The notes: generated by a model from the sequence alone, not told the origin. A stretch of 64,000 bases of DNA from Bacteroidaceae bacterium (GCA_045534785.1 JAZSKJ010000032.1:18777-82776); one strand, 5' to 3'. Positions 50,847-61,325 are shown, counted from the first letter of the stretch. Translations and numbers: made by a program.

Positions 50847-53800
50847 TTATTTGTCACCGAAAGTGAAATTAACACCGAATGTGAAAGCACGGATTGTGGG
50901 ATACTTGTTACGGTAGTCCACGCCGAATGAGTAGATGTCACCGTATGACATTTCGGGGTCAATGCCCTTGTATGCGGTCAGGCAGAGCAGGTTGGTTCCT
51001 GATACATATACTCTGGCCTTATCGACATACTTCCAGTTCTTTGTGTTGAAGTTGTAGCCCAGTGTGGCGTTGTCCAGCTTGACGTAGTCACCTCTTTCAA
51101 GATAGTAGCTTACGGCTACAGGCTCCTGGGCGGTGTTGAGTGTCCTTCCGTAGACAGGGTCAACGGCAGACTTGTAGCGGTTGAGACCTATGTTGAGGTT
51201 CTCATAGAACATACGCTGGCTATTGTAGATCTTGTGGCCGAAAGCACCGCTCATCTGCAATGCCAGGTCAAAGTTCCTGTAGCGCAGGTTGTTGCTCCAA
51301 CCGATGTTGATCTTGGGCAGACCGGAGCCCATGTACTGGCGGTAAGCGGACTCGGAGTCACGCATGCCGGATACGAACATCTCGCTCTTGCCGGTCTGGG
51401 GATTCTCAATCATCCAGTAGCCCTTACCCTTCTTGGAGTTGGACAGGCCTGTTGACTTGAGCATGTAGAAATCACCCACTGAGTGGCCCTCATATACTCT
51501 CTGTACCGGCATGGAGGTAGGCTCCTCAAGCCAGCCTGCATCAATGTAGTTGTCTGTCTCATACATATCATTTGACAGGCTTACCAGGATGTTCTTGTTA
51601 TGGGACATGGTCACTGTGGTGCTCCATTCAAAGTCCTTGGTGCGCACGGGTACTCCGCCCAGCATGACCTCGATACCGCGGTTGTCCATCTCACCTACGT
51701 TTGCTGTCTGCAGGTTGTAGAGATTTGGCGGAACGGGTACGTTGTACTCCCAGAGCATATCGGTGGTCTTCTTGCTATAGACATCGACCGAACCGAACAG
51801 ACGGCCGTCCAGGAATCCGAAGTCAATACCGGCATTGAGCTCGGCTGTCTTCTCCCAGCGCAGGTCATCGTTGGGGTTCTGGGTGGTGGTAAGAGACGGA
51901 CGCCAGTTACCATCGGCATCAACATAGTTTCCGTATGATGTGTCATAGTCATAAAGCAGCAGTGACATGTATGAACTCTGCGGGATGACACCGGTAACAC
52001 CATAGCCGGCACGCAGCTTGAGGTTGTCAAGCCACTTGACCCTGCGCAGCCATTTCTCGTTTGAAAGGGTCCAGCCTCCTGATATGGCTGGGAAATTACC
52101 CCACTTGTGATCGGCACCGAACTTGGTGGAGCCTTCACGACGGAAACTTACCAATACATTGTAACGGTTGTCATATCCGTAAGATATACGGCCAAAGAAA
52201 CCTATAAGGCGTGACTGGTTCTTGTATGATGATACGCCTCCGTAGGTCTTAAGATATGCGGTGCTCTTGTCTTCGGGGTCTGAATACAGGAGCTCTGCGT
52301 ATTTACCGCGCTGCAGGGCGTTATACAGGTATGCATCGGTGGGGAACTCTGAATTGGAGGCACCGAATCCTGTTGATGTGCTCTCCATCCAGCTGTAACC
52401 CAACATGCCGCTGAAACGGTGTGCATCCCACTCTTTCTCATACTTTGATGTGACCTCAAGCATGTCCTGCACAAAATCGCTCTGGCTCTTGCCTGCCGAT
52501 CCCTTTACGTCGTTCCAGCGGTTGCTCTGGAATAGCGGGGTGTTGTAATACTCGTTAAGTCCGTTGTTGGTGCGGCGGCTTACCTGAAGGTTGGTCTCCC
52601 ATCCTGAAAGGGGAGTGACTGTGATGTTTCCTGTCATGCGTGTGCTCTCGCTGCGTGAACCACCCTCGTGCTCGTTGATGTAGGGCAGGGGGTTGTAATA
52701 ATAAAGAGGTGCAGACTGCTCATAGTAGTCACCGTTTTCACGGTAGACCGGCATGGTGGGGTTACGGATTACAGCCTGATGATATATCGTGTAGCTGTCC
52801 TGATTGTCTCCCTTGGAGAGTGACTTGAGCAGGTTCATGTTCAGTTTCACAATGTCATTGAACATGTACTGTGTCAGGTCTACCTGTACGCGAAGGTCGT
52901 TTGAGTATGAGCCTTTCATCACACCCTTGTCATCATTCCAGGTCAGGTTGGCCGAATATGCCATATTCTTGGTGCCGCCCTCAAGAGCCAGGTTGTGATT
53001 CTGGGTGAAACCTGTGCGTGTTACCAGGTCAAGCCAGTCTGTGGTGGCGCCCAGGTCACCGAAAGCCGAGTACTCTGACTTGCCGTCGGCAATGAGGTCA
53101 CGTATGAATGCGGCATCCATGAAATCAATCTTCTTGGAGAAGTTTGATGCTGATGCGTAACCTGAGTAAGAAACAGTATGATGCTCGCCGCGCTTGCCGG
53201 ACTTGGTGGTGATAAGGATTACACCACTGGCTCCGCGCGTACCATATATAGCTGCTGCCGATGCATCCTTAAGGACCGAAATCTCCTCGATGCTCTCGGG
53301 GGCAACGGTCTCAAGGCTTCCCTCTATTCCGTCAACAAGGATAAGCGGGGTGTAACCTCCCATCAGCGATGTGACACCACGGAGCATTATGGTTGATGAG
53401 GCTTTGGGGTCACCGTTACCTTTTGTTACGGAGAGTCCGGCTACCTTACCCTTTACCAACTGTGCGGCATCGGGTACATAACCGGTCAGAAAGTCTTCGG
53501 CCTTGACTGATGATACGGCCGATGTGATATCACCTTTTCTTTGGGTACCGTAACCTACTACCACAACCTCGTCAAGCAGAAGCTGGTCTTCCTCGAGTGT
53601 GATGTTGATTGTTGCACGGTCTGCAACAACCTCCTGATTCTTGTATCCCAGGTATGATACCCTGAGAGTAGAGCCACGTTTTACAGTAAGTGAATAGTGG
53701 CCGTCCAGATCTGTAGTTGTTCCTACAGATGTGCCCAACTGGAGTATACCTGCGCCAATGACGGGCTCGCCATTCTGGTCGCTGATCACTCCGGATACTG

Positions 53801-53906
53801 TGATGGTACTCTGGGCATAGGTCTTGCCGGGTACCATTGTCATGCCGACTAAGGCCAATACTGAAATGATGGCCAGACGGATTCCTTTGCGATTCATAAT
53901 TCTCAT
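50847..53906 (-). CDS. SusC/RagA-family TonB-dependent outer-membrane transporter
   Basis: 1,019-aa protein. Signal peptide, carboxypeptidase-regulatory-like domain (ITVSGVISDQNGEPVIGAGIL), plug region LDEVVVVGYGTQRKGDITSAV, and a terminal aromatic barrel end (FGVNFTF). Confidence 0.95.
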   Translation of the reverse strand: MRIMNRKGIRLAIISVLALVGMTMVPGKTYAQSTITVSGVISDQNGEPVIGAGILQLGTSVGTTTDLDGHYSLTVKRGSTLRVSYLGYKNQEVVADRATINITLEEDQLLLDEVVVVGYGTQRKGDITSAVSSVKAEDFLTGYVPDAAQLVKGKVAGLSVTKGNGDPKASSTIMLRGVTSLMGGYTPLILVDGIEGSLETVAPESIEEISVLKDASAAAIYGTRGASGVILITTKSGKRGEHHTVSYSGYASASNFSKKIDFMDAAFIRDLIADGKSEYSAFGDLGATTDWLDLVTRTGFTQNHNLALEGGTKNMAYSANLTWNDDKGVMKGSYSNDLRVQVDLTQYMFNDIVKLNMNLLKSLSKGDNQDSYTIYHQAVIRNPTMPVYRENGDYYEQSAPLYYYNPLPYINEHEGGSRSESTRMTGNITVTPLSGWETNLQVSRRTNNGLNEYYNTPLFQSNRWNDVKGSAGKSQSDFVQDMLEVTSKYEKEWDAHRFSGMLGYSWMESTSTGFGASNSEFPTDAYLYNALQRGKYAELLYSDPEDKSTAYLKTYGGVSSYKNQSRLIGFFGRISYGYDNRYNVLVSFRREGSTKFGADHKWGNFPAISGGWTLSNEKWLRRVKWLDNLKLRAGYGVTGVIPQSSYMSLLLYDYDTSYGNYVDADGNWRPSLTTTQNPNDDLRWEKTAELNAGIDFGFLDGRLFGSVDVYSKKTTDMLWEYNVPVPPNLYNLQTANVGEMDNRGIEVMLGGVPVRTKDFEWSTTVTMSHNKNILVSLSNDMYETDNYIDAGWLEEPTSMPVQRVYEGHSVGDFYMLKSTGLSNSKKGKGYWMIENPQTGKSEMFVSGMRDSESAYRQYMGSGLPKINIGWSNNLRYRNFDLALQMSGAFGHKIYNSQRMFYENLNIGLNRYKSAVDPVYGRTLNTAQEPVAVSYYLERGDYVKLDNATLGYNFNTKNWKYVDKARVYVSGTNLLCLTAYKGIDPEMSYGDIYSFGVDYRNKYPTIRAFTFGVNFTFGDK

Positions 53907-54053
53907 AAGCGTTAAGATTATTTTGCTCCAAAGGTCCGTCTTTTATAATATGATGTGTGCCCAATAAATCTAAATCCGTAGTAAAAAAGTCCAAATAATG
54001 GATATTTGAACAAATTTGGACTGTAAAATGGTACTATTCGGGACTGTTTTCTG

Positions 54054-56705
54054 CTATTGGTTGTTCCAGTCCCTCGGGGTGCAGCCGTATTTCTGCTTAA
54101 AGCACTTGGAGAAATAGTTTGATGAGTTGAATCCAACCATTTCGCATACGTCATGGACTGTGTGCGTGCCCTCCTGCAGCAGACGGGCCGCCTCTTCAAG
54201 CCTGGCGTCCTGAATAAGCTGGTGAGGCGTGGACCCGGTTATCTCCTTGACCTTGGCAAACAGGCCGGAGCGGGACACATACAGGCTGTCGGCCAGCATC
54301 TCGCTTGACAGGTCGGGGTTGGACAGGTTCTGCATTATGATCTCTCTCATCTTCTTCTCAAAATCCATGGTCCGGCGCTCCTTCTCGGACTGCTCGAATT
54401 CTCGCACGAAACTCTCCATTTTCCTTTGTGACAGTTCCTGCACCTTGTAGTTGAAGTAGTGAAGCGCCTTGATGCCGGCCAGTATGACAAGCAGCAGGTA
54501 GATAGCAATGGCCAGGTTGCTGAACACTATCCTGGGGCGTATGGTGAATTGAAAGGCGGTCTGGGTATCGCTCCATATCCTGTCGCTGTTGCAGCTCAAG
54601 ACCTTGAATGTGTATTGGCCGGCAGGAAGGTTGGTGTAGGTGGTGCTGCTCAGTCCTGTCTCAATCCAGTCTTCGTCAAACCCTTCAAGCATGATCTTGT
54701 AGCTGTTCCTGGACGGAACCCTGTAGCTTAGCGCCGAATAGCTGAAAGACACGTTGTTGTATCTGTGCGGGGTCGCGGTCTCATGCGTGTCGTCTTCAAG
54801 GTCTATCCGCAGGGCGGGCCTGATTGTACCGGACCTGCTACGGTTCCTGAACGTCACGTCTGTAAGGACTGCAGGAGGCGAATACTGGTTTATCTGTATA
54901 TTGCCCGGATGGAATGATGTGACTCCCATGTAGGTGCCCAGCCATATACGGCCGTCATCGCTTGTGAATCCGGACCCGGCTATGAATCCGCCGTCGTGCA
55001 GTCCGGCCTCGCCGCCATAATACTCGGTGCTGCCATCGTGGGTGTTGTACCGGTACAGGCCTTTTGATGTGGTGTACCAGATGTTGCGCATGTCGGAAGT
55101 GGCGTAAAGCACGTTGGGGTTGTCCCGGGGATAGAGCGGCGTGAATCTGCTCAAGCCCGGCTGAAGGTATGACAGGCCCTCATTGCCGGCGGCTATCAGC
55201 AGTCCGCTTGCCGAAATGTACAGTGAATTGATGCTTTGGCTCTCCACGCCGTCCTGTCTGGTGTATTGTTTCCATGTCCCTTCTATGGGGTTGTAGGACA
55301 GCAGTCCTTTATCCAGTGTGGCAAACCATACGGTGCCGTCCTGCGACACTTTTATTGATGTCACCAGTCCTACGTCGCTCTGTACCAGTTCCGGCTTGCC
55401 TTGGGGCAGGCGCATCCTGAATATGTCATTCATGGTACCGAACCACAGGCAGTCATCCGCATCGGCAGCAAGAGAATAGACGCTCTCTGATACCAGGCTG
55501 GCGGAGCGTCCCGTGCTGTAGTCAAGCAGGTCTATGCCTCCTGAGTATGACCCGGCCAGCAGTTTCCCTTTCCATGGCAGCAGTGCGTGCACGTTCCTTT
55601 CCGGCAGGAACCGCGCCAGCGGACGCCCGGTCTCCCTGTCATACCTTATTACCCCCATGTTGTCCGATCCGGCCCACATGGCGCCGTCGGGGGTCTGGGT
55701 GAAACAGCTTACTATGCACTCCTCGGTGTCGGACAGCGGGTAGGTTATGAACCTTCTGTAGTCATCCAGAATACGGTAATGGACTCCGCTGAAGTATGAT
55801 CCCACCCATAGCCCGTACTCTGCGTCATTATAGATGGCGTAGATGAATTTCTTGCGACCGTCTGTGCGCATGGTGCCCGAGAGCAGGTCCAGGCGGGCCA
55901 GTCCGTCATCGGAACCCACCACAAGTATGTAGGGCTCTGTGTTGTGGGCAGAATGGATGTGGTTCATTCCGGGGGCTCCGGTAAAAACGGTCGGCTGTAC
56001 GTCAAGGCTGTTGGGCTCCAGTCGGTAAACACCGTCGTCCCAGGTGCAGAGCCAGATGTCGCCCGACGGGTCCTGATATGCCTCGACAACTCTTTTAGGA
56101 GTGTCCTGCTGCCATCTCATTCCGGCGGGCTGCATCGTCTGGGACAGATTGTCAAAGTTGAGGGCGGTGCCGTCCATACAGAACACCCACAGCAGTCCGT
56201 TACGGTCAACAAATATCTTCTCTACGGTCTGCCCGTCGGCAAACTGCTGCTGATGCCATTCCCCGTCTGTCTCATCCGGATAGTATCTGAAAATGCCTCG
56301 CGCGCGCGTACCTATCCATATATTGCCTTTCCCGTCATCGGTGATACAGTTGACGACTGTCTCTGTCAGAATCATTGGGGCCGTGGGGGAGTTGAGACGG
56401 TAGACAGCATCGTCTGTCCCTATCCAGGTGTTGCCGTCATGGTCCAGAGTGATGCAGTTTACGTATTGGCTCATGCCCTGGCTGGCAAAAGGCTCTATCT
56501 TGACATTGTTTCCGTCAAAACTGCACAGCCCCTGACCGGTGCCTATCCAGATAAGGCCGTGGCGGTCCTGGATTACCGCCCTTACGGAATTGGACGGCAG
56601 ACCGTTGCTGGTGTCTAATGTGCGGAACTCATATTGCGCATGAACGGGCAGGGCGGTCAATGCGGAGATCAGAATCAGGATTGCTGTACGGATAGTCCTT
56701 GTCAT
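54054..56705 (-). CDS. HTCS-like sensor/regulator lacking kinase and receiver modules: periplasmic beta-propeller repeats + Y_Y_Y domain + one TM helix + AraC-type HTH
   Basis: 883-aa protein. Repeated G(x)IWIGT..GL propeller motifs. Y_Y_Y-type segment YSYKIMLEGFDEDWIETGLSSTTYTNLPAGQYTFKV. TM helix FSNLAIAIYLLLVILAGIKALHYF. About 60 aa after the TM helix the AraC HTH begins (LADSLYVSRSGLFAKVKEITGSTPHQLIQDARLEEAARLL...GFNSSNYFSKCFKQKYGCTPRDW). There is no room for HisKA/HATPase/REC. Confidence 0.85.
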   Translation of the reverse strand: MTRTIRTAILILISALTALPVHAQYEFRTLDTSNGLPSNSVRAVIQDRHGLIWIGTGQGLCSFDGNNVKIEPFASQGMSQYVNCITLDHDGNTWIGTDDAVYRLNSPTAPMILTETVVNCITDDGKGNIWIGTRARGIFRYYPDETDGEWHQQQFADGQTVEKIFVDRNGLLWVFCMDGTALNFDNLSQTMQPAGMRWQQDTPKRVVEAYQDPSGDIWLCTWDDGVYRLEPNSLDVQPTVFTGAPGMNHIHSAHNTEPYILVVGSDDGLARLDLLSGTMRTDGRKKFIYAIYNDAEYGLWVGSYFSGVHYRILDDYRRFITYPLSDTEECIVSCFTQTPDGAMWAGSDNMGVIRYDRETGRPLARFLPERNVHALLPWKGKLLAGSYSGGIDLLDYSTGRSASLVSESVYSLAADADDCLWFGTMNDIFRMRLPQGKPELVQSDVGLVTSIKVSQDGTVWFATLDKGLLSYNPIEGTWKQYTRQDGVESQSINSLYISASGLLIAAGNEGLSYLQPGLSRFTPLYPRDNPNVLYATSDMRNIWYTTSKGLYRYNTHDGSTEYYGGEAGLHDGGFIAGSGFTSDDGRIWLGTYMGVTSFHPGNIQINQYSPPAVLTDVTFRNRSRSGTIRPALRIDLEDDTHETATPHRYNNVSFSYSALSYRVPSRNSYKIMLEGFDEDWIETGLSSTTYTNLPAGQYTFKVLSCNSDRIWSDTQTAFQFTIRPRIVFSNLAIAIYLLLVILAGIKALHYFNYKVQELSQRKMESFVREFEQSEKERRTMDFEKKMREIIMQNLSNPDLSSEMLADSLYVSRSGLFAKVKEITGSTPHQLIQDARLEEAARLLQEGTHTVHDVCEMVGFNSSNYFSKCFKQKYGCTPRDWNNQ

Positions 56706-56787
56706 AAGCCTGAATGACGGTTATATGCAGATGATGCAATTATGGACAAACATAATACAAAAATCCCAATATTGGACTATTGTTCTA

Positions 56788-56795
56788 TATTTTTG
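56788..56795 (+). promoter_or_regulatory. Candidate -7 promoter box (TATTTTTG) upstream of the GH97 gene
   Basis: Matches TAnnTTTG, 70 nt upstream of the ATG at 56865. It overlaps one of three TTGGAC/TGGAC repeats in this gap. Confidence 0.3.
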
Positions 56796-56864
56796 GACAT
56801 TTGTTAGTGTAATGGCACCCCCTAAAAACTACTTTTGCCAGAAAAGAATACAAAAAAACCACTT

Positions 56865-58868
56865 ATGAAATCTATTCTGTCCCGTTTATCGGCAATTGCC
56901 GGACTGGCCTGCATCATGGCCGGCTGCTCACACCATGACAGGTTCACGCTGAGCTCTCCCGGCGGCGATGCCGTTCTGAGAATAAATCCGTCACAAGGGA
57001 CATACAGCATATTCCACTCTGGGCGTTGCCTTGTGAACGATGCCAGGGCGGCATTGGTGACTGCCGGTGATACCATTGACATGACAGATGCCGTTAGAAT
57101 AGAGAAGGGGCAGCGCACCGAGACAGAAAGCACTGTCCTGTACAGGCAGAAAGAGGTTTGCGTAACATATAACTACGCCATATACCGTATTGGTGAGGCA
57201 TGGCAGATAGAGTGGCGAGCCTTTGATGACGGCATTGCATACCGTTTCTGCAGCCTGGCTGATACGGAGACAGTTATAGACGATGAGGTGCTGCTTATCC
57301 CGTTCAGTGGTGACAGCCGGGTTACATGGGCGCACAGTAACGGGCAGACAGACCCTTTCAAGACATCGTTCGAGAACTCTTATACCACAGGGCCTCTGGC
57401 CGAATCCTCTGATGTCCCGGCTTTCCTGCCGGCCAGCGTGGAGTGCGGTCATGGGGTGCGCCTGACTCTTGTGGAGAGTGACCTGGAGTCATATCCGGGC
57501 ATGTTTGTGGTCCCTGCACAGACCGCTGCCGCCGGTGATGAGCCCGAATGGGGCATAAAGGCTGTGTTTGCGCATTATCCTGCAACGTTTGCAAAATATT
57601 CATGGAGGGATATGTCATACGTTGAATCCACGTGCAGTTACATATCGGTCTCAAAAGGCGCCCGCACCTATCCGTGGCGCATACTCAAGATTACCGGGCG
57701 TGACAGCCAGCTGCCGGTGGACAATCTGGTATATGCGCTGGCCAAGCCTATGGACAAGGCGGCGTTTGCCAATGGCACAGACTGGATCAAGCCCGGTTTC
57801 TCGGCATGGGAGTGGTGGAATGACTGGGGGCTTGAGGGAGTGGATTTCAAGCCCGGCATCAACCAGCGCACATACGAGTACTATATAGATTTTGCGGCCC
57901 GCAACGGCCTGGAGTATGTGGTGCTTGACGAGGGCTGGTATCCTGTGGACCAGGGGCTCATAATGCAGCCTGTTCCTGAGATTAACCTGCCGGCTTTGGT
58001 GCAGTATGGCCGCCAGCGTGGGGTCAGGCTGATCCTGTGGGCTATATTCAATACTGTCGATGAACAGCTGGAGGACGTGATGAGCCATTATTCGGGAATG
58101 GGTATCGCCGGATTCAAGATAGATTTTCTGGACCGTAATGACCAGACTGCGGTGGAGATGGCTTGGAGGATTGCCGATGCAGCCGCACGTCATCGTATGA
58201 TACTGGATTATCACGGTATATTTCCGCCGGCCGGACTGAGCCGCACATATCCCAATGTGGTTAATTATGAAGGCATACTGGGGTTGGAGAACTGCAAGTG
58301 GAATGATACAGAAGCAATGGACCACCCGCTGTATGACGTTACGGTTGCCTATCTGCGCGGAATGTGCGGTTATGCCGACTATACTCCCGGCGCAATGAAG
58401 AACGCCTACCGTAAGGATTTCAGGGTAGACTACTCTAAACCCATGTCCATGGGCACCAGGGCACATCAGCTTGCGCTATATATAACTATGGATTCGCCAT
58501 TGTCCATGCTGGCCGATACCCCCACCAATTATGAGCAGGACCAGGTTACCACATCGTTCCTGGCATCACTGCCCCGTAGTTATGATGAGAAGAGAGTGGT
58601 GGCAGGAGAGATGGGACAGTACATTGTGGTGGCCCGCCGCAGCGGTCAGGACTGGTATGTGGGCGGACTTACCAACTGGGACAGCCGTAACATAGATATG
58701 GACTGGAGTTTCCTGGACAGCGGGCTCAATTACACCATACAGGCATACACCGATGCCGACAGGGCACAGAGTTTCAGGCTGAGCCAGACCACTCCGTCAG
58801 AGTGCAGGAGCATACATCTGGCCAGCGGCGGAGGGTTCCTGCTTAAGGTTATAGCTGACCGTAACTGA
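56865..58868 (+). CDS. GH97-family glycoside hydrolase (alpha-glucosidase/alpha-galactosidase type) lipoprotein
   Basis: The track ORF begins at a TTG (56835); the first ATG is at 56865 (MKSILSRLSAIAGLACIMAGCS). Motifs as I remember them from SusB-type GH97: EYVVLDEGWY, GIAGFKIDFLDRNDQ, LDYHG, YPNVVNYEG. Confidence 0.75.
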   Translation: MKSILSRLSAIAGLACIMAGCSHHDRFTLSSPGGDAVLRINPSQGTYSIFHSGRCLVNDARAALVTAGDTIDMTDAVRIEKGQRTETESTVLYRQKEVCVTYNYAIYRIGEAWQIEWRAFDDGIAYRFCSLADTETVIDDEVLLIPFSGDSRVTWAHSNGQTDPFKTSFENSYTTGPLAESSDVPAFLPASVECGHGVRLTLVESDLESYPGMFVVPAQTAAAGDEPEWGIKAVFAHYPATFAKYSWRDMSYVESTCSYISVSKGARTYPWRILKITGRDSQLPVDNLVYALAKPMDKAAFANGTDWIKPGFSAWEWWNDWGLEGVDFKPGINQRTYEYYIDFAARNGLEYVVLDEGWYPVDQGLIMQPVPEINLPALVQYGRQRGVRLILWAIFNTVDEQLEDVMSHYSGMGIAGFKIDFLDRNDQTAVEMAWRIADAAARHRMILDYHGIFPPAGLSRTYPNVVNYEGILGLENCKWNDTEAMDHPLYDVTVAYLRGMCGYADYTPGAMKNAYRKDFRVDYSKPMSMGTRAHQLALYITMDSPLSMLADTPTNYEQDQVTTSFLASLPRSYDEKRVVAGEMGQYIVVARRSGQDWYVGGLTNWDSRNIDMDWSFLDSGLNYTIQAYTDADRAQSFRLSQTTPSECRSIHLASGGGFLLKVIADRN

Positions 58869-58897
58869 TTTAGAATCAAATAAAAACCAACTATATT

Positions 58898-61315
58898 ATG
58901 AGAAGAGTATTTTTCCTGTTGACGGTATTGACCGTTACCACATCCAGCCTAAATGCACAGCTCAAAGGGAGCGGTTATCCTACAGACCCTGTGCCGTTCA
59001 CTAATGTAAAGGTAGTGGAGAACTCATTCTGGGGCCAGCGCCTCAAGGCCAGCCGTGAGGTTACCATACCTCTGGCTTTCAGCAAGTGCCAGGAGACCGG
59101 CCGTTATGATAACTTTACCAAGGCTGCACAGCAGATGCACGCCGACCATAACCTGGGATTCGAGGTGGGCGGCTACTCTTTTGATGACACCGATGTCTAT
59201 AAGACCATCGAGGGTGCCAGTTACCTGCTGCAGACATATCCTGACAAGAAACTTAAACTGTACATAGACAGCGTGCTCAAGGTGGTGGCTGCCGCACAGG
59301 AGCCGGACGGCTATCTGTACACGGCACGTACCATGAACCCCGAGCATCCGCACGAGTGGGCAGGCCCCACACGCTGGAGCATGGTAGAGGACCTGAGCCA
59401 TGAGTTCTATAACCTGGGCCACATGGTGGAGGGTGCTATTGCCCACTATCAGGCTACAGGCAAGCGCAATTTCCTGGATATAGCAATCAGGTATGCGGAC
59501 TGCGTGTGCCGTGAGATAGGCGACGGTCCGGACCAGGTGGTGCGTGTGCCGGGACATCAGATTGCCGAGATGGCGCTTGCCAAGCTCTATACGGTGACCG
59601 GTCAGAAAAAGTATCTGGATATGGCTAAGTTCTTCCTTGACAAGCGCGGATATACCGAGCGCCGGGACGAGTACAGCCAGGCTCACAAGCCGGTTCTGGA
59701 GCAGGACGAGGCGGTGGGTCATGCAGTACGTGCCGCCTACATGTACTCAGGTATGGCCGATGTGGCCGCACTGACAGGTGACAAGGGTTATATCGATGCC
59801 ATTGACCGTATATGGGACAATATAGTAAGCAAGAAGCTCTACATAACCGGCGGTATAGGCGCCACATCGAGCGGCGAGGCTTTCGGAGCAAACTATGAAC
59901 TGCCCAACATGAGCTCCTACTGCGAGACATGCGCTGCCATAGGCAATGTATATGTGAATTACCGCATGTTCCTGCTGCATGGTGACAGCAAGTATTTTGA
60001 CGTACTGGAGCGTACCCTGTACAACGGCCTTATCAGCGGCGTGAGCCTGGACGGAGGCGGGTTCTTCTATCCCAATCCGTTGGAGAGCATCGGCCAGCAC
60101 CAGCGTCAGGCTTGGTTCGGGTGCGCATGCTGCCCCAGCAATATATGCCGTTTCATCCCGTCACTGCCGGGTTACATCTATGCAGTCAAGGATGACAACC
60201 TGTACGTGAACCTGTTTGCATCGAACACCCTGACACAGAAGGTTAACGGCAAGGAGGTCCGTCTGACCCAGACCACAAACTATCCCTGGGACGGCGATGT
60301 TACCGTAAGTATAGACAAGAATGCCGGCAAGAAAGGATTCAACCTTAAGATAAGGATTCCGGGATGGGTGCTCAACGATGTGGTGCCGAGTGACCTGTAT
60401 TACTACTCGGACGGCAAGAACCCGGGTTATTCAATCACCGTGAACGGTCAGCCTGCCGACGGTACTCTGACTTCCGACGGCTACTTTACCATCGGCCGCC
60501 AGTGGAAGAAGGGTGATAAGGTGCAGATTCATTTTGACATGGAGACCCGCACCGTGAAGGCTCATCAGAACGTAAAGGCCGATATAGGCCGTATTGCCGT
60601 AGAGCGCGGTCCTATAGTATATTGCGCCGAGTGGCCCGACAACGATTTCTCGGTACGTAACATCATAATCAACCAGAACCCCACATTCACTGTGGAGCAT
60701 TCGGATGATCTCTATGGACTGAACAAGATTACCACACAGGCCCAGAGCGTAGGTTTCGGAGAGGACGGACGCCTTAATGTGGTGGACCGCAAGCTGGTTA
60801 TGATTCCATACTATGCATGGTGTCATAGAGGTAGCGGCGAGATGACCGTATGGATTCCGCAGGAGCTGCGCGCCACACGTGCCAGCATGCCGGCAACGGT
60901 TGCATCGCAGAGCAGGGTGGAGGCATCGACCCCGACACAGGCCCTGAGTGCCGTGAATGACGGAATGGCTCCCGGCAGTACCGACGAGGCCGTACCTTAT
61001 TATCACTGGTGGCCCAAGAACGGCGGTACAGAGTGGCTGACTTATACATTCAGGCAGAAGGCTACAGTAAGCCGCAGCTGGGTCTACTGGTTTGAGGACC
61101 AGCCCTGGGGCGGTTGCGGACTGCCCAAGGCATGGAGGATATACTACCTGGATGATAATGGCTCATGGCAGCCGGTGAAGGCCGAGTCATACCCGGTGGC
61201 CAAGGGGACCAACTGCACTGTCAAGTTTGAGCCCGTAACAACTACTGCCGTCAAGCTTGAGGTTGACCTGCCCGCCAACCTGTCGGCCGGCATCTATGAG
61301 TGGGATGTAAGATAA
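58898..61315 (+). CDS. GH127-family beta-L-arabinofuranosidase
   Basis: 805-aa protein with a signal peptide. SYCETCAAIGN and WFGCACCPSNICRF match the Glu/Cys and Cys-Cys zinc/nucleophile motifs known from HypBA1-type GH127. The C-terminal region resembles a carbohydrate-binding/discoidin-type module (YYHWWPKNGGTEWLTY...IYEWDV). Confidence 0.85.
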   Translation: MRRVFFLLTVLTVTTSSLNAQLKGSGYPTDPVPFTNVKVVENSFWGQRLKASREVTIPLAFSKCQETGRYDNFTKAAQQMHADHNLGFEVGGYSFDDTDVYKTIEGASYLLQTYPDKKLKLYIDSVLKVVAAAQEPDGYLYTARTMNPEHPHEWAGPTRWSMVEDLSHEFYNLGHMVEGAIAHYQATGKRNFLDIAIRYADCVCREIGDGPDQVVRVPGHQIAEMALAKLYTVTGQKKYLDMAKFFLDKRGYTERRDEYSQAHKPVLEQDEAVGHAVRAAYMYSGMADVAALTGDKGYIDAIDRIWDNIVSKKLYITGGIGATSSGEAFGANYELPNMSSYCETCAAIGNVYVNYRMFLLHGDSKYFDVLERTLYNGLISGVSLDGGGFFYPNPLESIGQHQRQAWFGCACCPSNICRFIPSLPGYIYAVKDDNLYVNLFASNTLTQKVNGKEVRLTQTTNYPWDGDVTVSIDKNAGKKGFNLKIRIPGWVLNDVVPSDLYYYSDGKNPGYSITVNGQPADGTLTSDGYFTIGRQWKKGDKVQIHFDMETRTVKAHQNVKADIGRIAVERGPIVYCAEWPDNDFSVRNIIINQNPTFTVEHSDDLYGLNKITTQAQSVGFGEDGRLNVVDRKLVMIPYYAWCHRGSGEMTVWIPQELRATRASMPATVASQSRVEASTPTQALSAVNDGMAPGSTDEAVPYYHWWPKNGGTEWLTYTFRQKATVSRSWVYWFEDQPWGGCGLPKAWRIYYLDDNGSWQPVKAESYPVAKGTNCTVKFEPVTTTAVKLEVDLPANLSAGIYEWDVR

Positions 61316-61325
61316 ACGGTTGGCT

